Part shown: positions 8,046 to 17,489 of the stretch, piece after piece
How the letters are laid out: every line of letters begins with the position of its first letter
How positions within the stretch are numbered: the stretch's first letter is position 1
Assembly: GCA_041586955.1 (NCBI GenBank)
Contig: JBFGZE010000069.1
Location: forward strand, 1 to 19,315
Source of the DNA: Bacteriovoracaceae bacterium
GTDB taxonomy: Bacteria > Bdellovibrionota > Bacteriovoracia > Bacteriovoracales > Bacteriovoracaceae
Length of the DNA stretch: 19,315 nt
Reading direction: 5' to 3'
Notes under the pieces: generated by a model
What the model was told of the DNA's origin: nothing
Databases searched by the model: none
What the model saw: only the letters and a program-made list of their open reading frames with translations
Made by a program: the position numbers and the translations under genes

Positions 8046-8129
8046 TTCGCTGTTAATTCGTTTTGGGAAAGTCCGTTTTTTCCCTATCTATATTTTATAT
8101 TTATTATCTATTTATTTGAGGAGCCCCTT

Positions 8130-11100
8130 GTGTCTGAGATGATTAATTTTTACCATACGCCGGTTTTCATCCATATTGAAAATGGACCAACTCTAGCTGC
8201 CTTTTGCCAATTACCTTCCACTGACTTACGTTTGCAAGAAGGACATCCAGGGGAGTTAGCGTTTACGACCGGCATGAGTGGCTACCAAGAAACCATTACA
8301 GATCCCTCCTTTCTAGGCCAGCATATCATTTTCAGCACGGCGCACGTGGGAAATTACGAATCCAATCAAGAGTTATGGCAATCCTCTCACACCCATGCCT
8401 CATCCATCATTGCTCGTAATTTTACCGCTAATCAATTTTTAAAAGACCTCGATATTCCTCTCATTACTCTTGAAGATACACGTGCCCTTATTCGTCAAAT
8501 GACAGCTCTTCCCTCTCACCGCGCGATCATCAATCTAAACCAAGCTGCTCCTAGCGCTGAGGATTTTAAGAAGATCTCCTTAAAGGTCAATGACCTTGCC
8601 AGCGTTTCACGCCAAAAATTAGAAATTGTAAAAGAGGGGGATCGCCCCATATGCCTCATTGACTTTGGTTGCAAGAAGGGAATCGTCGAACATCTCAAAG
8701 AATTACCCTATCCCCTTAAAGTGTTTCCTCACAATACCAGCGCTCAAGAAGTCAAATCCCATAACCCCAGGCTTATTTTTTTAAGTAATGGCCCAGGGGA
8801 TCCTCGTGAACTAATGGCCGAAAGAAAGTTAGTAGAGGACCTACTATCCTTGAATATTCCCTTGCGTGGGATCTGTCTTGGCCATCAATTATTGGCACTC
8901 GCTCTTGGACTGAAAATTATTCGTCTGCCATTTGGTCAACGAGGCATGAACCATCCAGTTTGGGACTTGGAAAATAAAGATATTCTTATTACCAGCCAAA
9001 ACCATGGCTATGCCATCAGCGATGAAGGAATAAAAGATAAGGGGACGCCTGTACTTAAAGAAAAATCATTATTAATAACCGGTCGCTCCCTTTTTGATAA
9101 TTCAATCGAGGCGATGGCCACGACTGACCAATTTCTAAGATCCGTTCAATACCACCCTGAGGCCTTCCCCGGACCTTTAGAAGGAGCGCGCTTTTTTCAT
9201 GAAATCGAAACGTTCTTAGAATCTAATCCATCTTCGTTAGACCCCGAAAAAATGGATACCTTTGTCAATATTCACGATAAGAAAAAACCTGAAGTTCTCT
9301 ACAAAAAAGTTCTTCTCATCGGATCAGGCCCCATCAAAATTGGTCAGGCCTCAGAGTTTGATTATTCTGGAACTCAGGCACTTAAATCTCTTAAAGAATT
9401 GGGAGTGGATGTGGTTCTTCTCAATTCTAATCCCGCCACAATCATGACTGACCCGGAAATGGCCTTTAAAACTTATATCGAGCCCATTACCAAAGATGTA
9501 ATAGAGAAAATCATTCAGGCCGAAAATGTCGATGGACTGCTTTCGACCATGGGTGGCCAAACGGCACTCAATGCCTGTCTTGAATTAGAAGAGAATGGTT
9601 TCTTAAAAGAAAATGGAGTGGAATTATTAGGGGCCAAAGCATGGACTATCAAACATACAGAAGACCGTGACCTCTTCGCCAAGGAATTAGATCAATTAGG
9701 TTTTAAAACGGGTAAGCGCTTTCGCGCTCAAAATAAAGAAGAGGCCATTCAATTAGCATTAAACCAAGTAAACTTCCCTCTTATTATTCGCCGTGATTTT
9801 GCACTTGGAGGTAAAGGAGCTGCTTTAGTATCCAATGAAAGCGAACTACGAGAAGTCCTGACAGGTGATATTCACTACCCTTTAAGTTTAGAGAAATCTC
9901 TCCTTGGGTGGAAAGAAATTGAGCTCGAAGTTATGGTTGATCGAGAGAAAAATGGGGTCATCATATGCTCCATCGAAAATATTGACCCTTGTGGGGTCCA
10001 TACAGGTGACTCAATTACCGTCGCGCCGGCCCAAACGATCTCTGATCGCTGTTACCAAAACCTTCGCACCATCTCACTAACCGTTGCGAAACATATGGGA
10101 GTCGTCGCCGGTGGCGCCAATGTCCAATTTGCCATTAACCCCCAAGATGAAGACGATATTATCGTCATTGAAATGAACCCTCGAGTATCCCGCTCCAGTG
10201 CCCTCGCCTCAAAGGCCACAGGCTATCCTGTCGCTAAAATTTCCGCCCAATTAGCGGTTGGCCTGACCTTAAAAGATATCCTTAACGATATTACCAAGGC
10301 ATCTCCCGTGGCATTTGAACCCAGTCTCGATTATGTCGCCGTGAAAATCCCTCTTTTCCCTTTTAACAAATTTCCCACCAGTTCCAAGACTCTTGGACCC
10401 CAAATGCGTTCAGTGGGTGAAGTATTGGGCCTTGGCGGAAACTTTTGCGAGGCGATGATGAAGGCCTTGCGTAGTCTTGAGATAGGTTTGGAAATTCCTG
10501 AATTATCGCAATTAAAATCAACCCCTATTATTATTAACGAAGAATATATTCGCAACCGCCTACAAACCGCGAATGAATTGTCAGTGGTCACTGTTCTTGA
10601 GGCCTTGCGTCTTGGGATCACGAAAGAAGAAATTTTTCAATTATCACAAATTACGCCTTGGTTTATTAATCAAATTGAAAAGATCTACTTCGCCGAAGAA
10701 ATGATTAAAAAAACCCCTCTTCTTTTAAAAGAAAGTACGTCTCTTAAAAAATTTAAGGGTCTAGGACTTTCTGACAAGCACCTTGCCCTTCTTGGCCGTT
10801 TGACCCAAAAGGATATATTACAAACACGGCTTGATTATAATATTCACCCCTCATTTAAGGCAGTGGATACCTGCTCCGGAGAATTTTCCGCTAAGACCCC
10901 TTATTTCTATTCAACCTTTGCTTGTGAAAATGAAGCAGTACCTCTCCAGGCCTTCGTTATTTTAGGCTCAGGCCCCAATCGCATCGGTCAGGGAATTGAA
11001 TTTGATTATAGTTGTGTTAAGTCATCCCAATATTTGCGCTCAAATGGTCATAAGGCCATTTTAATCAACTCCAATCCAGAAACGGTGAGTACTGATTACG

Positions 11101-12503
11101 ATAGTTCAGATCGCCTCTACCTCGCCCCGCTTTATTCGGAAGACTTATGGGAAATTCTCAACTTTGAAAATCCTAAGGGTGTCATTGCCTGTTTTAGTGG
11201 CCAAACAGGAATTAAAATCCGTCACTACCTTGAAACAGGTCATTTGGCCGAATTTAAAAAATTCTCTTTCCTAGGCCCAGAGCTAAGTACCTTAGACTTA
11301 ACCGAAGATCGCGCCCAATTTGGGAAAATTCTGGAACAGACTTCTTTAAGTAAAACGAGATACCTTGAAGTCTCTGGCCATAAACATCTAATTAACGCCA
11401 TGCTGGAAATAGGCTTCCCAGTTATTATCCGTCCCAATTATGTTATTGGTGGGGAATCCATGTATATCTTTAATGGGCCTGACGATTTAGGCCAATTACC
11501 GACTCCCCTTTTGGAAGAGTTAAAAAAGAGTACCATCACCTTTCAAGTTGAAAATTATTTAGAAAATGCATTAGAGTACGATGTCGATCTTATTCGCGAC
11601 CACCAAGGACATACCATTTTTACGGTCTGTGAACACATTGAACATGCCGGAGTTCACTCTGGTGATTCAGGGATGATTACTCCTCCCGTGGTTTTAACAT
11701 CTAAACTTTACGCCGAAATGAAAAGCATTAGTCAAGATTTAGCAAATCGCTTGAATGTCGTCGGCCCAATCAATTTTCAATATGCCGTCAAGGATGGTGA
11801 CATCTATTGCATTGAGGCCAACCCTCGTGGTTCGCGTACCATCCCCTTCTTATCCAAGGCCTTTGATATTGATTTAGCTGGTATGGCCACACAAGCGATG
11901 CTCGGCCAAGAAATACCTGATTGGTATAAGGAAACAGCGACAACCTTTTGTGTGAAACAATCCACTTTTCCTTTCGATCGTTTTATTCATGATCAAATCA
12001 TTCTTGGCCCTAAAATGAGGTCAACAGGTGAGACTTTTGGTATGGATGCCGATAAAGACCATGCCATCCTTAAGTCTTATTTAGGAAATTATCCGCGTAT
12101 TAAGGAAAAAGGTGCACTACTCCTATCTTTATCGGATTATTCAAAAGATGTGATTCTACCCTACCTAAAGCCCTTATCCAAGGCCGGTTACCAATTTTAC
12201 GCCACAATGGGAACCGCCTCTTATATCAAAAAACAAGGAATTCCATGTCAAAGTGTCGGCCATATAGGTGATGCGGGTTTAAGCATTTTAGAAGTACTCA
12301 AAAATGAGAATCTGCGCATTGTTCTCAATACACCAACCACCAGCGGCCATTCAAAATCAGATGGAGAAATGATCCGTAATACCGCCATTCAATTTGGCGT
12401 TCCTTGCTTTACCCGTAAGGAAAATATCAAAGCTGTGTTAGAATGCCTGGTCTCGACATTAAATGAGGCCTTAACCCCGCAGTCACTTCAAACCAGGGAG
12501 TAA
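8130..12503 (+). CDS. carAB: Fused carbamoyl-phosphate synthase: small (glutaminase, CarA) and large (CarB) subunits in one 1457-aa polypeptide
   Basis: CarA part: FTTGMSGYQETITDPSF, LSNGPGDP, GICLGHQ (C249), SQNHGY, QYHPE (H342). CarB from about aa 392 (nt 9303): KKVLLIGSGPIKIGQASEFDYSG, two ATP-grasp halves (EMNPRVSRSS; EANPRGSRT), GSGPNRIGQGIEFDY, C-terminal MGS domain (ATMGTA). GAGGAG SD at 8118-8123. Confidence 0.95.
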   Translation: MSEMINFYHTPVFIHIENGPTLAAFCQLPSTDLRLQEGHPGELAFTTGMSGYQETITDPSFLGQHIIFSTAHVGNYESNQELWQSSHTHASSIIARNFTANQFLKDLDIPLITLEDTRALIRQMTALPSHRAIINLNQAAPSAEDFKKISLKVNDLASVSRQKLEIVKEGDRPICLIDFGCKKGIVEHLKELPYPLKVFPHNTSAQEVKSHNPRLIFLSNGPGDPRELMAERKLVEDLLSLNIPLRGICLGHQLLALALGLKIIRLPFGQRGMNHPVWDLENKDILITSQNHGYAISDEGIKDKGTPVLKEKSLLITGRSLFDNSIEAMATTDQFLRSVQYHPEAFPGPLEGARFFHEIETFLESNPSSLDPEKMDTFVNIHDKKKPEVLYKKVLLIGSGPIKIGQASEFDYSGTQALKSLKELGVDVVLLNSNPATIMTDPEMAFKTYIEPITKDVIEKIIQAENVDGLLSTMGGQTALNACLELEENGFLKENGVELLGAKAWTIKHTEDRDLFAKELDQLGFKTGKRFRAQNKEEAIQLALNQVNFPLIIRRDFALGGKGAALVSNESELREVLTGDIHYPLSLEKSLLGWKEIELEVMVDREKNGVIICSIENIDPCGVHTGDSITVAPAQTISDRCYQNLRTISLTVAKHMGVVAGGANVQFAINPQDEDDIIVIEMNPRVSRSSALASKATGYPVAKISAQLAVGLTLKDILNDITKASPVAFEPSLDYVAVKIPLFPFNKFPTSSKTLGPQMRSVGEVLGLGGNFCEAMMKALRSLEIGLEIPELSQLKSTPIIINEEYIRNRLQTANELSVVTVLEALRLGITKEEIFQLSQITPWFINQIEKIYFAEEMIKKTPLLLKESTSLKKFKGLGLSDKHLALLGRLTQKDILQTRLDYNIHPSFKAVDTCSGEFSAKTPYFYSTFACENEAVPLQAFVILGSGPNRIGQGIEFDYSCVKSSQYLRSNGHKAILINSNPETVSTDYDSSDRLYLAPLYSEDLWEILNFENPKGVIACFSGQTGIKIRHYLETGHLAEFKKFSFLGPELSTLDLTEDRAQFGKILEQTSLSKTRYLEVSGHKHLINAMLEIGFPVIIRPNYVIGGESMYIFNGPDDLGQLPTPLLEELKKSTITFQVENYLENALEYDVDLIRDHQGHTIFTVCEHIEHAGVHSGDSGMITPPVVLTSKLYAEMKSISQDLANRLNVVGPINFQYAVKDGDIYCIEANPRGSRTIPFLSKAFDIDLAGMATQAMLGQEIPDWYKETATTFCVKQSTFPFDRFIHDQIILGPKMRSTGETFGMDADKDHAILKSYLGNYPRIKEKGALLLSLSDYSKDVILPYLKPLSKAGYQFYATMGTASYIKKQGIPCQSVGHIGDAGLSILEVLKNENLRIVLNTPTTSGHSKSDGEMIRNTAIQFGVPCFTRKENIKAVLECLVSTLNEALTPQSLQTRE

Positions 12504-12506
12504 ACC

Positions 12507-13202
12507 ATGACAAAAAGAACTGATAATTGGATTTTGGCCTTAGATAATATGCCCTTTCACCTTGCTTTGGAATTGGCCAACCGTAAAGACAATCCTATTC
12601 CCATGGTCAAAATGGGTCTAGAGTTATTTCTACAAGTTGGTCGCGAGGGTTTACTAACGTTGGCCGAAGAAAGTAAAAAGGAAATATTTCTTGATCTTAA
12701 ATTACACGATATCCCCAACACGATCTCCAAGGCGATCAAAGGCCTGCAAGGTCTTCCCATTAAGTTCCTTACCATTCATTTAGGCGGTGGAAAAACAATG
12801 ATCAAAGAGGCGATGAAGGCCTGTCATGAATACCTTCCTCAAACGACCTTATTGGGTGTCAGCATTCTTACCAGCCTCGCCCCAGTCGACCTTGAAGAAA
12901 TTTATGGTATCCAAGGGGAAGATTTTAATGATCAATTCGTTCGCATGATCAACCTCGCTCATGCCTGCCAGCTTAAAGGAATTGTTTGCTCGGCCCATGA
13001 ATCAAAAATAGTTAAATCAATCGCTTCAGATATTATTACAGTATGCCCTGGAATTCGCTTTAAAGAGGACTTAAAAGAAGGGTCCCATGATCAAAAACGT
13101 GTCATGACACCTGAGCAGGCGCAAAGTAATGGCGCCGATTATTTAGTGATTGGGCGCTGCTTAACCCAACACCTTGGCCGCTTTAAGGACTTAAATTCCT
13201 AA
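12507..13202 (+). CDS. pyrF: Orotidine-5'-phosphate decarboxylase
   Basis: LALD, KMGLELF, IFLDLKLHDIPNT (DxKxxD), LTIH, CPGIR, DQKRVMTP, GADYLVIGR. Confidence 0.95.
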   Translation: MTKRTDNWILALDNMPFHLALELANRKDNPIPMVKMGLELFLQVGREGLLTLAEESKKEIFLDLKLHDIPNTISKAIKGLQGLPIKFLTIHLGGGKTMIKEAMKACHEYLPQTTLLGVSILTSLAPVDLEEIYGIQGEDFNDQFVRMINLAHACQLKGIVCSAHESKIVKSIASDIITVCPGIRFKEDLKEGSHDQKRVMTPEQAQSNGADYLVIGRCLTQHLGRFKDLNS

Positions 13203-13204
13203 TA

Positions 13205-14878
13205 TTAAAAACGGTGGCGGCCATCAGTATGGGAAATGTGTAGGAGGTCATAGGCCTCTTGCTCATCTAAATAAATGTCCGCAATTGAAAAGATAATTAA
13301 TCGATTCGAAGTATAGATTTCACGGTTTGTATTGAACAAACTAGAAAGATACTTAGTTTGGATTTTACCCTGACAAATCAGGTCATTCATATGATTAATA
13401 AAGTCCCCATAAAAATCTTCCACTGACATTAATTGACTCTCCAAATCCTCAAATAAAACGCCCTTCCCCCCTTCTCCTATCTGCTCACTCATCCCCTCAT
13501 AAAAGCAATGATATGTCTTTTGGACCTTCTGATAGATTTTATTGATAGTATCGTTAGTCGATTCTTTAAATTCTTTTAAATTATGCTTGATGTCTTTAAG
13601 GCCTTTAACCGACAGTGAACAATTGCGAACGCCAGAAACTAATTGTTTTAATTCCTTTGATTGTTCTGAAGTTAATTCTTGTTCTTGCATTTTAATCGAA
13701 TAATTAATGAGAACAGATTCGATTTTCTTTAGATTATTATAATTTTCATTATAACTCATACCACCTAATTCTTTGATCATAATACTAGAATCATTGCTTA
13801 TATCATTTGGACTAAGAAGATATGAATTGAGAAGGATACCTTTTTGAATATATTTTTTTGATTCATTGTGCAGAGAAATAATTGCTGAATCGACGTGCTG
13901 GGGCTTAATATCAAGAACTGGAAAAATATCTTTAGAGTCGCCAATTTTATCATTGATAAAAGCTGAAAAGCGACCTAGAAAGGGGAAAAATAGGATAATG
14001 CCAAATAAGTTAAAGCCACTATAAAATAAAACCAGAGCATAAAGCGGCTCTTTGACACCAACAATCGCTATTGCGAGCTTTAAAAAGACGGGAAGGAAAC
14101 AAAGAGCAATAGTATCAATAATTAAATTAAAAATGAAATGAGCGGCGGCGACCTTTTTCTTTTCACGACTTCCCACTGCTGCCCCCACCATGACAGTTAT
14201 GGTGGTACCTAAGTCGGCACCAATCATTAAGGCCGCGGCCCCCTTTAAGGGAATGAGTCCGGCATTTAAAGCGGTCAATGTAATAACCATCGTTGCTGAA
14301 CTTGATTGGATGATCCCAGTAAAAACAAATCCTGCAAAAGCAAAAATTAAAATATTATATTGCGCCAAAATAGCGGGATCAAAAGCGCCCTGCAACCCCA
14401 CCATACTTTGCTTCATCATATTTAGACCAAAAAATAAAATTCCAAGACTCGCAATAAACAGACCCCACAACGAAATCTTTTTATGATTGATGAAGATATG
14501 AACTAATGTCCCTATGGCAATCATCGGATAAATAGCGGTATTAATATCAACCTTAAAACCAAAAGTGGAAACGATCCAACCTGTAAAAGTCGTCCCTAAA
14601 TTGGCGCCTAAAATTATCCCTAGTGCATTTGAAAATGTAATCACACCGCCGCCGACCAAGGCCAATAACATCAAGGTGACTGCAGAGCTACTTTGTAAAA
14701 TAGCAGTAGAAATGGTCCCAACAAATATCGATTTTAGATGATTATTCGTATGCTTGCGTAGAAGAATCTTAAAATTGCGACTGGCCAATCTTTTTAAAGA
14801 GTTTTCCGCGAGCGAAATGGCGTAAAGAAAAAGTCCGAGCCCTGCCAGGAATGGCCAAACTTCAAAGGGGTCTTTCAT
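13205..14878 (-). CDS. Na/Pi cotransporter family (NptA/YjbB-like) protein with C-terminal PhoU-like helical domain
   Basis: Duplicated QSSS motifs (ILQSSSA, IIQSSSA) and GANLGTT/GADLGTT, multiple TM helices, soluble helical C-terminal half. Confidence 0.88.
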   Translation of the reverse strand: MKDPFEVWPFLAGLGLFLYAISLAENSLKRLASRNFKILLRKHTNNHLKSIFVGTISTAILQSSSAVTLMLLALVGGGVITFSNALGIILGANLGTTFTGWIVSTFGFKVDINTAIYPMIAIGTLVHIFINHKKISLWGLFIASLGILFFGLNMMKQSMVGLQGAFDPAILAQYNILIFAFAGFVFTGIIQSSSATMVITLTALNAGLIPLKGAAALMIGADLGTTITVMVGAAVGSREKKKVAAAHFIFNLIIDTIALCFLPVFLKLAIAIVGVKEPLYALVLFYSGFNLFGIILFFPFLGRFSAFINDKIGDSKDIFPVLDIKPQHVDSAIISLHNESKKYIQKGILLNSYLLSPNDISNDSSIMIKELGGMSYNENYNNLKKIESVLINYSIKMQEQELTSEQSKELKQLVSGVRNCSLSVKGLKDIKHNLKEFKESTNDTINKIYQKVQKTYHCFYEGMSEQIGEGGKGVLFEDLESQLMSVEDFYGDFINHMNDLICQGKIQTKYLSSLFNTNREIYTSNRLIIFSIADIYLDEQEAYDLLHISHTDGRHRF

Positions 14879-16794
14879 GGTGTATCAGAACCTAAATCAT
14901 CTATTTTTTGACGACCGAGAATCACAACATCTGAATCAATAGTTACGTGATGGCCATCTTTTTCCCATAAATCTTTTATCATATCTTCTTCTAAAGTCTC
15001 TTCTAATAATAATTGTTTGACTCCTTTCTCCACGAATGAGCGGTTTTCATATAGAGTCTTCTTGGCCAATAACATGCAATCATCCAAAATTCTTTTGACC
15101 TCTAAGTCAACTTCTAGCGCGGTTTGATCACTGTAAGGACCCCTAATATTTATACCATTTTGCAAAAATGGACTCTGATTCCGCTCGTAGGAGGCCAGAC
15201 CTATTTTATCACTCATACCATATTGAATAACCATCGCCATGGTTATATTAGTGGCCTTAACAAGATCATCTGACGCTCCGGTTGAGACATGATCAAAGAA
15301 AATCTCCTCTGATGCACGACCTCCCAGTAAGACTGATACCTTCTTTTTCAACTCCAGCATGTCTATTATGTAGCGATCCTCTGTCGGTCGCTGTAAAGTA
15401 TACCCAAGCGCACCTATCCCTCGAGGAATAACACTCACCTTATGCACTTTATCAAGTGAGTCGAGCCCTAATGCAACGGTGGCATGGCCCATTTCATGGA
15501 AAGCAATACGCCTTTTTTCCTCTGGATTCATAAACTTTTTCTTTTGCTCAAGACCAGCAACAATACGCTCAGCGGCCTGTGTAAAATCCTCTTCAAAGAC
15601 AGCATCAGCATTTCGACGTGTCGCGACCAAGGCCGCTTCGTTTACTAAATTGGCCAAATCTGCCCCCGAAAACCCTGCCGTCAATGAGGCAATACGGTCT
15701 AGATTAAGGCCAGTATGTATTTTAATTTTTTTGATATGTACCCGCAGAATTTGCAATCTTCCATGCTGATCAGGATTATTAACTAATATTTGACGATCAA
15801 AGCGTCCGGCCCTTAATAAGGCCGGATCAAGAACCTCAGGCCTATTCGTTGCCCCTAAAATCATCACCCCCTTTGAGGTATCAAAACCATCCATTTCCGC
15901 CAATAATTGGTTAAGGGTTTGCTCCTTTTCATCGTTAGAACCTGAACCAAACCCACCGGCACGTGTTTTCCCTAGGGCATCAATCTCGTCAATAAATAAA
16001 ATACAAGGGGCATTTTTGCGGGCATCCTTAAATAAATCTCGTACTCGTGCAGCACCTAACCCTACAAACATTTCCACAAATTCAGAACCATTGATGGAGA
16101 AAAAAGGAACTTCGGACTCGCCCGCCAACGCCCGGGCCAAAAGGGTTTTCCCCGTTCCAGGAGGACCGATTAATAATGCGCCTTTAGGAGCATGCCCCCC
16201 CAATCGTGTATAGGACTTTGGATCACGTAGAAAATTAACAATCTCTTTAAGTTCTTCTTTCGCCTCATCAACACCGGCAACATCATCAAACTTTACTTTA
16301 ACATCTTTTTCTAAATAGACTTTGGCCTTCGATTTGGTCATCGATAACATTCCCTGAGTTCCCTGGGATACTTTCTTTGCCAAAAACATCCACACAAAAT
16401 AGAAAATGGCCAAGGGAAAAACCCAGGAAAAAAGGGATTCCCATAAAGGATTGGGTATATCGCCTTTAAAAACGACCCCTTTGCTTTTTAATTTATTAAC
16501 TAATTCAGGATCATTGACAGGAATTGTTTGAAATAACTGCGGGCGATCTTTGGTCGCATCATCAAAAGTACCGGTAATTTTAAAATTGGTGATGGTCACT
16601 TCTTTAACTTGGCCCCCCTCTACTCTCTGAAGAAAAGCACTATAGGGAATCGTTTCCAATTGGCCTCTTTCAAATAAATACCGATTGATTAGCATGACCG
16701 CTAATAAGGCCAGAAAAATATAAGACAGATTGAAAGCTGGAACTTTATTATCCCCTTTGTCATTCTGCTCGTTAAATTTTTGTTTCTCTTCCAT
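14875..16794 (-). CDS. ftsH: ATP-dependent zinc metalloprotease FtsH (probably an accessory paralogue)
   Basis: Two TM segments, Walker A GPPGTGKT, Walker B ILFIDEID, SRH TNRPEVLDPALLRAGRFDR, zinc motif HEMGH, GGRASEE. Stop overlaps the Na/Pi gene start (ATGA). Confidence 0.95.
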   Translation of the reverse strand: MEEKQKFNEQNDKGDNKVPAFNLSYIFLALLAVMLINRYLFERGQLETIPYSAFLQRVEGGQVKEVTITNFKITGTFDDATKDRPQLFQTIPVNDPELVNKLKSKGVVFKGDIPNPLWESLFSWVFPLAIFYFVWMFLAKKVSQGTQGMLSMTKSKAKVYLEKDVKVKFDDVAGVDEAKEELKEIVNFLRDPKSYTRLGGHAPKGALLIGPPGTGKTLLARALAGESEVPFFSINGSEFVEMFVGLGAARVRDLFKDARKNAPCILFIDEIDALGKTRAGGFGSGSNDEKEQTLNQLLAEMDGFDTSKGVMILGATNRPEVLDPALLRAGRFDRQILVNNPDQHGRLQILRVHIKKIKIHTGLNLDRIASLTAGFSGADLANLVNEAALVATRRNADAVFEEDFTQAAERIVAGLEQKKKFMNPEEKRRIAFHEMGHATVALGLDSLDKVHKVSVIPRGIGALGYTLQRPTEDRYIIDMLELKKKVSVLLGGRASEEIFFDHVSTGASDDLVKATNITMAMVIQYGMSDKIGLASYERNQSPFLQNGINIRGPYSDQTALEVDLEVKRILDDCMLLAKKTLYENRSFVEKGVKQLLLEETLEEDMIKDLWEKDGHHVTIDSDVVILGRQKIDDLGSDTP

Positions 16795-16892
16795 TCCACT
16801 TCCTCTAGAGCTTAACCCCCTTTAATTAAGAGGATATTTGTTAGATTACAGGTAGTGTAATTTATATTAAAGCAAGGAATCGACCTCATTCC

Positions 16893-16906
16893 ATGATAAA
16901 GATCAG
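16893..16906. promoter_or_regulatory. Putative FNR/CRP-family box upstream of ftsH
   Basis: ATGAT-AAAG-ATCAG, 8/10 match to TTGAT-N4-ATCAA. Centred about 42 nt upstream of the +1 implied by a minus-strand TAATAT at 16869-16864. Confidence 0.4.
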
Positions 16907-17431
16907 GTCGATAGCAGCCTACCAATTATAACCAACCCAAATCAAGAAAAAAGGATCTCCTTCTCCATCCTGTGGAATCAAGCTAATGACCAATTTTGGG
17001 AATAAAAAACCTCACTTGCTAGAAAACAGGTAAGCTTAGCTCACAACGTATCGGACGAGTCTATTTCACAGTGATCGAAAAACAATTTCCGGAACAATTT
17101 TTAAAGCATGGGGCCAATTCACGAGGTGGCCTCAATCTAAATGATCTGAAAGCGTGTGGTAATTGTGGATTAATACGCGAAACGGTCATGAGCTTACGTG
17201 ATTTTTCATTACGGTGGAGACTTCACACGGCCTGTTCCATTGAATTGGAAAATAGGCGCTAAGAAGTTTAAGGCACAGAAATCTTGTGATCAAATCAATC
17301 TTGAAAAAATCTTTTCCAATACTTCCGGCGCCACGGAAAAAATAAAATAGACGTTCTCTAGATCAACGGATCCTTTTTTATTAAATTAAAGCAACCCAAT
17401 ACCCGACAAAAAAGCTAGACATATTCATATC

Positions 17432-17459
17432 TTGCAAAAAATTTCAAAAAGGGTATAAC
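17432..17459 (+). promoter_or_regulatory. Putative sigma70-type promoter for hsp20
   Basis: TTGCAA (17432-17437), 16-nt spacer, TATAAC (17454-17459), followed by the GGAGGT SD at 17480-17485. Confidence 0.5.
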
Positions 17460-17489
17460 GTCCTCATTAAAACCAACCGGGAGGTCGTG

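Noticed and set aside
8065..8084. GGGAAA-N8-TTTCCC hairpin containing AGTCC between pyrB and carAB as a PyrR loop or terminator
   Set aside because: Only a 6-bp, half-AU stem, and the GNGAGGY half of the PyrR motif is absent.
13261..14220. AT-rich, GGCC-poor stretch as a foreign insertion
   Set aside because: It lies within the continuous Na/Pi ORF and is largely explained by an Ala/Gly-poor, K/E/N/I-rich helical domain. No att sites or mobility genes.
17036..17066. CIRCE element (TTAGC...GAGT) or sigma32 promoter for hsp20/ftsH
   Set aside because: Spacing and the right arm do not match TTAGCACTC-N9-GAGTGCTAA. CTTGAAA at 17300 has no properly spaced CCCCAT.
17071..17262. 63-aa ORF with CGNC as a zinc-finger gene
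   Set aside because: GTG start without SD, a single CxxC and no recognisable family, so it is not called as a feature.
17286..17298. GTGAT-CAA-ATCAA as a second FNR box
   Set aside because: The spacer is 3 nt rather than 4.
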